In this document: positions 26,120 through 32,000 of the stretch, piece by piece | How the letters are laid out: each line of letters opens with the position of its first letter | How positions within the stretch are numbered: the stretch's first letter is position 1 | NCBI RefSeq assembly: GCF_000253055.1 | Contig: NC_016070.1 | Coordinates: 1,590,001 to 1,622,000, forward strand | Direction: 5' to 3' | Length of the DNA stretch: 32,000 nucleotides | From: Thermoproteus tenax Kra 1 | GTDB lineage: Archaea > Thermoproteota > Thermoprotei > Thermoproteales > Thermoproteaceae | Notes under the pieces: generated by a model | The model's input: the letters and a program-made list of their open reading frames with translations, nothing else | What the model was told of the DNA's origin: nothing | Databases searched by the model: none | Position numbers and translations under genes: made by a program

Positions 26120-26413
26120 GTGGATCTGCCGGTCAGACGCGTGGTTATAGACGCGGCGATCCCAACGAAGAACGTATCTATTGTGGACGTAGCCAAGTCG
26201 CTCTATGAGACCAGAGGCGTCAAGGCCGTGAGAGTTATCGTGGACGATGTCGACGTAGATGTCTTGGGGCTGATAGTGGTGGTCGAAGGCGAGGGAGTCG
26301 ACGTTAAGGAGATACAAGACGCCATAGAGAAAGTGGGCGGCGTCGTGCACTCATTGGACGAAGTTGTAGTGGGAGAATACATCCCAGAGGTGCACGCACA
26401 AGAGGGCGCTTGA
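26120..26413 (+). CDS. DUF211 family protein
   Basis: 97 aa. RRVVIDAAIPT...IVDVAKSL...GVKAVRVIVDDVDVDV..L.IVVEGEGVD matches the DUF211 pattern. GTG start 2 nt after the cbf5 stop. Confidence 0.65.
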   Translation: MDLPVRRVVIDAAIPTKNVSIVDVAKSLYETRGVKAVRVIVDDVDVDVLGLIVVVEGEGVDVKEIQDAIEKVGGVVHSLDEVVVGEYIPEVHAQEGA

Positions 26414-26910
26414 GAAGATACGTAGTACTAGGGCTACTAGATGGAATTATCACCGCCGTCAGCTTGACCTCGGGCCTGCTAGTAAGAGGCCACGCGTTGC
26501 GCATCAGCGAGGCGCTATCGATTGCAGTGGTCGTGGCTACGATAAATTCGCTCACGAGCTTTATAGCCGAGTACTCCCATCAAAGGGATCTGCTCAGAGA
26601 CCTTGAATACAAAGTGTATCTAAAATCAACTGGACATATTTTTAAAACGCTGGTACATAGGAGGGCTCTGTTCAACTCAGCCCGCTCGTCTCTGTATAAC
26701 TTCCTCTCGTCGGCTGCGGGCGCTCTATCGGTGTTGGTGCCCGCCTCGGTCAAAAGCGAATACGGCCTGTATGCCCTAGCCGCAGTGGCTTTTCTAGTAT
26801 CAGTTGTATTGTCTAAGAACCTAGTCGAGTTCGGGGAATGGCTTCTGATGGTGTGCGTCTCTGCGCTGATAGGGCTGGCGGTAGGTCTCCTCTTCCCCTT
26901 AGCTGTGTGA
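26410..26910 (+). CDS. Short VIT1/CCC1-like membrane protein
   Basis: VVLGLLDGIITAVSLTSGLLV N-terminal motif and hydrophobic C-terminal helices. Its TGA stop (26908-26910) lies in the terminal nucleotides of the TnpB IS. Confidence 0.5.
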   Translation: MRRYVVLGLLDGIITAVSLTSGLLVRGHALRISEALSIAVVVATINSLTSFIAEYSHQRDLLRDLEYKVYLKSTGHIFKTLVHRRALFNSARSSLYNFLSSAAGALSVLVPASVKSEYGLYALAAVAFLVSVVLSKNLVEFGEWLLMVCVSALIGLAVGLLFPLAV

Positions 26911-27100
26911 CCCTCTCCCCGCCCTAAAGGGCGGGGCTTCCCCCGTTCACCCGGCCTTTGCGGCTCGGGCTCATGTGGGGGTTCTGGGCGGGGTCACGGC
27001 GCCCCATCCCCGGCCTCTCGTTAAGGCCAGGGCTATGTTGATCGCCGCGTTTAAGTCTCTGTTGTATCTAAGTCCACATCTTGGGCACCTAAACTCTCTA
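26891..27100 (-). ncRNA. Predicted omega (right-end) RNA of the TnpB element, including ~16 nt of flanking guide
   Basis: Inferred by analogy with characterised TnpB systems, where the RNA spans the tnpB 3' end, the right-end hairpin and the flank. Here that covers the GC-rich tnpB 3' end, hairpin 26917-26936 and flank 26906-26891. The 5' limit is arbitrary. Confidence 0.3.
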
Positions 27101-28251
27101 CCTTTCACCTCATCAACGGTGAATCCGCACCTATGGCATGTTCTACTGGTGTTCTTCGGCTTTACGTACACAATCGGTATTCCGCTGAGGAGCGCTTTGT
27201 ACTCAATGTACTTCTGGAGCTTCCTAAAGCTCCACGAGTGCAACCTCCTATTCAGTAGTTTGTTGTCTCCACTCATCCTATCTCTAATCCCCTCTAAGTC
27301 CTCCATGACGATGACTGGTTTGGGGAACTGCTTGGCATACTCAACAACCCCCTTAGCTATTTCGTGGAGCATCTGATTGACTGTTCTGCCCTCCTTACTG
27401 CCAATCCTCTTAACCAGGTCAAGTCTCTTCTTTCTCTGCAGGCTACGCCTAATGTGAGCGTATTTGCCGCGCACAAACCTAATCCTCTGCCCACCCCAGA
27501 ACTGCCCCCTCATTGGCCTGCTCGGGCTGTCCCTAGATATGGCCGCGGCCGCAACTGCGTTCCACTCGCCGAGGTCTACGCCTATGAGCGTCTTCGCCTC
27601 CTCAGCACCGTAGGTGACAACGTTCTTCTTAATCTTGAAGTGAGCGAACCAAACGCCGTCTCTCTTAACCAGCTCCACACTGTCGAGCTCCCACAGCCCC
27701 TGCAGGGTCTCCTCAATGAACTGCTTCTGTCTGCTACCGAAAGCTAGTGGTAGCGCTATCCTAACACCTCTTCTCAAGCTAACGACAAGCCAGTAAGGAG
27801 TTAGCTTAGTGCTGGACTTATCGAGCTTGAACGCCCTCCTATCTAGACGAATAGATACCCTCTTAACCGCTGGCCTATCAGCCTTGGCTCTGCCCTCTGC
27901 CTTACGCTCACTAAAGCTCTTGAGAATCTCAACGGCCTTGTCCCTCGCAGTCTGTATCAGCGCAGTGTTTAGGCTAAACCTCTTTTTGGCTTCCTCATAC
28001 GTTAGCTCGTGAAGCTTCGTCTTCGACGTGATGCCGAAGCCCACATACCATCTAACCAACTTGAGGTACTCTTCAAGAGCTCTGTTGAGCTCAAGGGTCT
28101 TGCCCTTGTTAGGCTCAATCACCTTTCCAACAACCGTGAGAACGACCGAGGTCATAGGGGAACATCCCCTCATAGATCGAGTTCAACGGTCAACCTAAAA
28201 GCTTAACGCCGCATAGTGCCATCCCCGCCCTAAAGGGCGAGGTTTTCAGAT
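26907..28251 (-). mobile_element. IS200/IS605-family insertion sequence carrying only tnpB (IS1341-like), 1345 bp
   Basis: Left-end hairpin at 28223-28242, preceded on the minus strand by TTAT (28255-28252). Right-end hairpin CCCCGCCC-TAAA-GGGCGGGG at 26917-26936, followed by the terminal GGTCAC (26912-26907). No tnpA and no terminal inverted repeats or target duplication, as expected for this family. Confidence 0.8.
26971..28173 (-). CDS. tnpB: TnpB (IS605 OrfB-type RNA-guided endonuclease), apparently intact
   Basis: RuvC-I D (IGVDLGEWN), RuvC-II E (VIVMEDLEG), Zn ribbon CHRCG..(x13)..CPRCG, RuvC-III D (YNRDLNAAINIA). The probable true start is the second Met (MTSVVLTV, 28155). Confidence 0.9.
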   Translation of the reverse strand: MRGCSPMTSVVLTVVGKVIEPNKGKTLELNRALEEYLKLVRWYVGFGITSKTKLHELTYEEAKKRFSLNTALIQTARDKAVEILKSFSERKAEGRAKADRPAVKRVSIRLDRRAFKLDKSSTKLTPYWLVVSLRRGVRIALPLAFGSRQKQFIEETLQGLWELDSVELVKRDGVWFAHFKIKKNVVTYGAEEAKTLIGVDLGEWNAVAAAAISRDSPSRPMRGQFWGGQRIRFVRGKYAHIRRSLQRKKRLDLVKRIGSKEGRTVNQMLHEIAKGVVEYAKQFPKPVIVMEDLEGIRDRMSGDNKLLNRRLHSWSFRKLQKYIEYKALLSGIPIVYVKPKNTSRTCHRCGFTVDEVKGREFRCPRCGLRYNRDLNAAINIALALTRGRGWGAVTPPRTPT

Positions 28252-28255
28252 ATAA

Positions 28256-28650
28256 CGAAGACGGCGCGGGAAAGAGGAACTAACGCCAGAGCCCAAGCAG
28301 TCGTTAAGAGGGGCAGGTCTCGCCCGACTTCCGGCACCGAAACTCTAGTGAGACTAATTCCAGCGAGGTGGCTCACCTTTGGATTTCTATTCTCGCACCA
28401 CATCTGACTTTCAGGGCCGAGATAGGCCGGATGGGGCGCGAAAAAGCGCGGGACAATTGAGAGAGCCGCGGACGGGGGAGGTAATGAAGAGGGAGTATTT
28501 ATCCGTCCGCTCCGGCGCGACCGGTCTCCCTCGCCTCTGCTACGTCCGTTGAGGCGTCCAGCGGGGATAGGCTCGGGGCCCTCAGAGGGGCCGAGCGCCG
28601 CGAGGGCTCCAGAGGCACGCTGTCTTTTTAAACATCCCCGAGGGCAGTTC
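28256..28650. other. GC-rich, highly structured non-coding island of unknown function (candidate ncRNA gene or fourth decayed family member)
   Basis: About 390 nt with no credible ORF. It contains many local hairpins, e.g. GCGGACGG..27 nt AU-rich loop..CCGTCCGC (28468-28510) and GCTCGG..CCGAGC (28571-28596). On the minus strand it has a TTTAAAAAG TATA box at ~28626-28634 next to CCCTCGGGGATG, which resembles the left end of element B. Confidence 0.3.
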
Positions 28651-28652
28651 CT

Positions 28653-29111
28653 ATGTCTACTCTGCCAATAGAGTATATCCGCATGTCGAGGATGTTTAGG
28701 GAGGTCGTTGAGGGCAAAGAAATAGTATCGTTTGAGGTGCCCACCCATAAGTTCTTCGCCAGGAACGAGATCCCCTACCTCTCCATGGTGTTAGACTACG
28801 ATGTGAGAAAGCTGGAGAACATGATATCTGACATGAAGTATGGAAGAGTCGTCGTCGAGAAAATGTGGGCGATACGCCTCGACTCGGAGCTCTTTAGAGA
28901 GAACAAAAAGGTTTTACTGCCAGACTTAGGCTCGAACCATATAGATGGAAACATAGAGAGCGTCGAAAACGGACATGTGATAAATATAGACGTAAATGGA
29001 ATAAAGAGCTTAGTGAGAGTGGCCGTCTTCGATAGACAGAGCTTCAAGGAGGTGATAATAATAAGAAGGCCTCCTCTGCCGGCTCTCGTAAGGTACGCCG
29101 CGTTTATTTAG
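28653..29111 (+). CDS. Hypothetical protein
   Basis: 152 aa with AT-richer codon usage than its neighbours. TATA TTTTTAAAC lies ~22 nt upstream of the ATG. No family recognised. Confidence 0.45.
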   Translation: MSTLPIEYIRMSRMFREVVEGKEIVSFEVPTHKFFARNEIPYLSMVLDYDVRKLENMISDMKYGRVVVEKMWAIRLDSELFRENKKVLLPDLGSNHIDGNIESVENGHVINIDVNGIKSLVRVAVFDRQSFKEVIIIRRPPLPALVRYAAFI

Positions 29112-29644
29112 ATTATCTCTACCTCTACTATTTGGCCAAGAGAGGCCAACCCGAGCAGGCCTAAGGGCAGTTTTCGCCGTGCCTCGCCCGGTTTGAAGTT
29201 CATTTTGATAGGTATTCCGTCCCCGAGGATCTTCGCCAAGTGCTCTACTGCGCCCTCTCTGGCCGCTACAGCTCTCACCTTCTCCCTAATAGAGCCCACG
29301 AAGCCCTCGTAGAGCCTCGGGTACTCTGCGACGAGCTCCGCATCGTCGAGCAGAATGGCGTCGTGTTCTCTCGGAGCCGGATAGCCCACAAGCTTCAGAT
29401 GGCCGTCCAAATGCCTCGTTATATAATCGTCTAGGCTCCAACCGTATTTAACCCACTCAAGTTTCACATATAACGGGCTCATCCCAGCCTTGTAGAGCAT
29501 GACTGCCAATGCCCTTAAGGCGGCGGTCTTACCGCCGGGTCCCAGGAGGTAGACCAACCGGTTCGACATGATGTTGGATAGAGCCAGGGAGACCTCGGGC
29601 GCGTCATACGGCAGTTTTTCTATTGGAATCTCTTCGCCCAACAT
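29108..29644 (-). CDS. Small P-loop NTPase-like protein with a one-residue-short Walker A
   Basis: LVYLLGPGGKTAAL (GPGGKT instead of GxxxxGKT) and a Walker-B-like AILLDDAE. 178 aa. Convergent 4-nt overlap with 28653..29111. Confidence 0.4.
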   Translation of the reverse strand: MLGEEIPIEKLPYDAPEVSLALSNIMSNRLVYLLGPGGKTAALRALAVMLYKAGMSPLYVKLEWVKYGWSLDDYITRHLDGHLKLVGYPAPREHDAILLDDAELVAEYPRLYEGFVGSIREKVRAVAAREGAVEHLAKILGDGIPIKMNFKPGEARRKLPLGLLGLASLGQIVEVEII

Positions 29645-29672
29645 GAAATTCCAATCTCTTTAAATTAAAATC

Positions 29673-30623
29673 TTACTGAATAAAATTATCAAGCTCCTCT
29701 ACGTATACTTCTCTTCTGCTTTTTATAGATATCTCAGCTGCGTCGCAGAACTTGATGGTATATAGTATTTCCTCGGGAGATACCACGTGGCCCGAGCCCT
29801 CTGCGACAGCTTTGAGGAACTCCCTGTCTTGAGCCAAGAGCGGCTCCTCCCCCGCGAGCCTCGGGCTCCACGTCTGCCCCTTCTCGAAGAACGTAATAGT
29901 ATCTGTGGAGAAGTCTATGGCGGCCATGCCTTCTACCCCCATTACTTCGAACCTTCTGAACTTGTATGAGGGAGTCCAACTGGATTCAAAGAAGGACGAA
30001 GTGCCCTCGCCCAAGGCGAAGATCTGGGCATGAATAACGTAGTCTCCCTCCAGGAGCCCGTAGGCTACCACGGCCTCCGGCTTAACGTTGGCCGCAAAAA
30101 TCGCCAGATCGATGTCGTGTATTGTGAGATCCTTTATTACTCCCACGTCGCCCGCCCTCTGAGGCTTCGGCGAAGTTCTGCGGCTGTATATAGAGACCAC
30201 GCCGCCTAGTTTGCCCAAATTATCCCTCATGAACTTGACTGCTGGGTGGTGGCGGAGCACATACCCTGTAGTTACGACCTTGACGCCGCGCCTCAGATCC
30301 ATTAGCTCCAGCGCCTGTCTGTAATTTTCAGTAAACGGCTTCTCGACCAGAAGCGATATGCCCGACTCCATCAAGGCCTTGGCGTGTTGATAGTGGAGCT
30401 TAGTCGGCGTTGCCACCACGGCGGCATCTATATCGGCCTTTATCGCTTCATCTATAGTTCTGAGGGGGCTCGCTCCGTACGCTTTACTGGCCCATTTCAA
30501 TCTGTCCTCATCTATATCTACCACGTAGAGCTCGTCCACCATCCCCTCGGCCGACAACAGCCTCAAGACTCTCACGTGGTTCTTGCCCCAGCCTCCCGCG
30601 CCAACGACCGCGACCCTAAGCAT
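29673..30623 (-). CDS. Gfo/Idh/MocA-family NAD(P)-dependent oxidoreductase
   Basis: N-terminal Rossmann LRVAVVGAGGWGKNH, and EKP in the VEKPF motif. 316 aa. Confidence 0.8.
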   Translation of the reverse strand: MLRVAVVGAGGWGKNHVRVLRLLSAEGMVDELYVVDIDEDRLKWASKAYGASPLRTIDEAIKADIDAAVVATPTKLHYQHAKALMESGISLLVEKPFTENYRQALELMDLRRGVKVVTTGYVLRHHPAVKFMRDNLGKLGGVVSIYSRRTSPKPQRAGDVGVIKDLTIHDIDLAIFAANVKPEAVVAYGLLEGDYVIHAQIFALGEGTSSFFESSWTPSYKFRRFEVMGVEGMAAIDFSTDTITFFEKGQTWSPRLAGEEPLLAQDREFLKAVAEGSGHVVSPEEILYTIKFCDAAEISIKSRREVYVEELDNFIQ

Positions 30624-30645
30624 CGTCAGCCGGTGGGCCGACCTT

Positions 30646-31431
30646 TTAATCTATTCTGGCTTGGGGGAACCTCGTCGATATCTCCCGAATCAGGGCGCTC
30701 TTGACCAATTCCACCAACCTCCTGGCCTCCTCGCAGTTTTCAGCGCTTCCATATATATGTATCTCCTCCAGAGGGGCCCCCGTCTCGTGCCCCTTGGGAT
30801 GACTTTTTACATATATCCTAGGATCTAGTTTTAGGGCGTCTCTTATGAGCGGGGCCAAGTCGGCCTCAGGCACTCCGGCTAGACGGAAGAGGTCCTCGGC
30901 GAAGCAACGCCCTGGCGCCCTCGCCTTCAGTAACGGCTCCACTTGTTCTTCAAATATGGCCTCCATCTCCCTCGGCACTCCGGGCAAGGCAACTATTATC
31001 CTCCCTGCCACCTCGGCCCAGATGCCCGGAGCTACGCCCGCCGAATTGTACAGAGGCCTTGAGCCGCGCGGTATCTGGGCCATTTTCAGACGCTCTGGAG
31101 TCATGGGGTAGCCCCTCTGTCTATACTTCTCGGAGACCCACCTCTCTGCGTCTGGATCCACAACGAGCTCAGCGCCTATGGCCTTTGCTATGGCCGCGTT
31201 GGTCATGTCGTCGGGCGTCGGGCCCAGCCCTCCCGTGGTAATAATCACATCGGCCTTGTCCAGACCCTCGCGCAACACTGATACTATCTCCTCCTCAACG
31301 TCTGGAACTACCACTATCCTCTTGACGGCTATGCCCAAGTATGTAAGCTTTTTGGCCAGCCAGGCCGCGTTGGTGTTGACGACTCTGCCTATCAACAGCT
31401 CGTTTCCTATCGAGATAATCCAGGCGTCCAC
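30646..31431 (-). CDS. CinA-like / MoCF-biosynthesis (molybdopterin-binding) domain protein
   Basis: IISIGNELLIGRVVNTN and TTGGLGPTPDD motifs. 261 aa. Confidence 0.75.
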   Translation of the reverse strand: MDAWIISIGNELLIGRVVNTNAAWLAKKLTYLGIAVKRIVVVPDVEEEIVSVLREGLDKADVIITTGGLGPTPDDMTNAAIAKAIGAELVVDPDAERWVSEKYRQRGYPMTPERLKMAQIPRGSRPLYNSAGVAPGIWAEVAGRIIVALPGVPREMEAIFEEQVEPLLKARAPGRCFAEDLFRLAGVPEADLAPLIRDALKLDPRIYVKSHPKGHETGAPLEEIHIYGSAENCEEARRLVELVKSALIREISTRFPQARID

Positions 31432-31472
31432 TTATATAACGGACTGTTTTATTAAGAAGATTCGGAGGTGTC

Positions 31473-31919
31473 ATGGAGTTCCCCGATATAGAGCTGAGGG
31501 CCCACACAGGTGAGACCGTGAGGCCTAGGTCCTTTGAAAGGGCTGTAGTATATTTTTTCCCAAAGGCGTTCACATCGGGATGCACGCGCGAGGCCATACG
31601 ATTCAACGAGCTCTACGATGAGTTTAAGGCCTTGGGCGTGGAGATCTTCGGGATCTCTACAGATAAAATAGACACTTTAAGAAAGTTCGCCGAAAAGTAC
31701 CAGTTGAAGTTCAGATTGTTGAGCGATGAGGGAGGAAATCTGGCGAGACAGTTAGGCATACAGAGGCCCAGCGGCTCGGCCGAGAGGGTCACTTATATCT
31801 TGGAGAGAGGGCGCGTGGTGGAGGTTCTTCGCAATCTCAGAAGCGCCGATCAACACGCAGATAGAGCACTGGAGGTCGCCAGAAGGGCGTTCAAGGCAGG
31901 CGGACCCGGTGGGATTTGA
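31473..31919 (+). CDS. bcp: Peroxiredoxin, Bcp type
   Basis: FPKAFTSGCTRE peroxidatic-Cys context in a thioredoxin fold. The last 19 nt overlap the convergent tRNA-Arg. Confidence 0.85.
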   Translation: MEFPDIELRAHTGETVRPRSFERAVVYFFPKAFTSGCTREAIRFNELYDEFKALGVEIFGISTDKIDTLRKFAEKYQLKFRLLSDEGGNLARQLGIQRPSGSAERVTYILERGRVVEVLRNLRSADQHADRALEVARRAFKAGGPGGI

Positions 31920-31993
31920 ACCCACGACCTACGGCTCTCGGCGGCGCCGGCCACCGCAGGCCGCCGCTCTGATCCAGGCTGAGCTACGGGTCC
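31901..31993 (-). tRNA. tRNA-Arg(GCG) with a 17-nt canonical (37/38) intron
   Basis: Minus strand: GGACCCG-UA-GCUC-AGCCUGGAUCA-GAGC-G-GCGGC-CUGCGG[UGGCCGGCGCCGCCGAG]A-GCCGU-AGGUC-GUGGG-UUCAAAU-CCCAC-CGGGUCC-G. 93 nt = 76 + 17. Confidence 0.85.
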
Positions 31994-32000
31994 CGCTAGT

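Noticed and set aside
15639-28242. The repeated CCCCGCCC-TAAA-GGGCGGGG hairpins as a CRISPR array
   Set aside because: The copies are kilobases apart, in both orientations and irregularly spaced, with no repeat-spacer periodicity and no cas genes. They behave as IS200/IS605-type subterminal hairpins.
28322-28345. SRP RNA helix 8 (minus-strand GGUGCCGGAAGUCGGGCGAG with a GGAA loop) in the GC-rich island
   Set aside because: The second closing pair is mismatched, and the universally conserved AGCA of the symmetric loop is missing after the tetraloop. A second AGCA-containing hairpin (GCCUC..GUAGCA..GAGGC) lacks a GNAR loop.
28230-28748. 172-aa minus-strand ORF over the GC-rich island
   Set aside because: R/P/S/G-rich, and it overlaps the start of the plus-strand gene 28653..29111 and the IS left end. 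No motif recognised.

Overview
The window reads as a 32-kb chromosomal segment of a hyperthermophilic crenarchaeon of the Thermoproteaceae type (Pyrobaculum/Thermoproteus-like). This rests on RFC small and large subunits, Orc1/Cdc6, an L14e-Cbf5 pair, intron-containing tRNAs, GC-rich coding sequence against very AT-rich spacers, and TATA-like boxes about 22-27 nt upstream of most start codons (leaderless architecture). Most genes are housekeeping: an SQR-like flavoprotein with a DUF1641 partner, archaeal-type PEP carboxylase, a purine permease, a cobamide nucleotide-loop cluster (cobY-cobA-cobT-[sqr-like]-cobD-cobS), trpE-trpG-trpC, orc1/cdc6 with a wHTH gene, rfcS-rfcL, rps7, rpl14e, cbf5 and bcp. 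There are two tRNAs: Thr(CGU) with two inferred introns and Arg(GCG) with one. The most unusual signal is non-protein. It is a family of GC-rich elements bounded by the hairpin CCCCGCCC-TAAA-GGGCGGGG. One copy is an intact TnpB-only IS200/IS605-type element (26907..28251). At least three protein-less relatives (15629..15878, 23328..23580, 24431..25122) share a conserved TATA-containing 5' module and a conserved GC-rich 3' module. These are candidate stand-alone omega-RNA-like genes or portable promoters. One copy appears to have inserted into codon 3 of cbf5 and now supplies its promoter and start codon; ykgJ carries the same element-derived start. Other leads: a CobY-ParB/Srx fusion (candidate missing L-threonine kinase), an unexplained ~390-nt GC-rich structured island with an RNase P-like P4/P1 arrangement, a CC1-like 55-aa chromatin protein missing from the ORF track, and a 16-codon leaderless micro-ORF. 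All family assignments are from motif recognition by eye; no database search was run.
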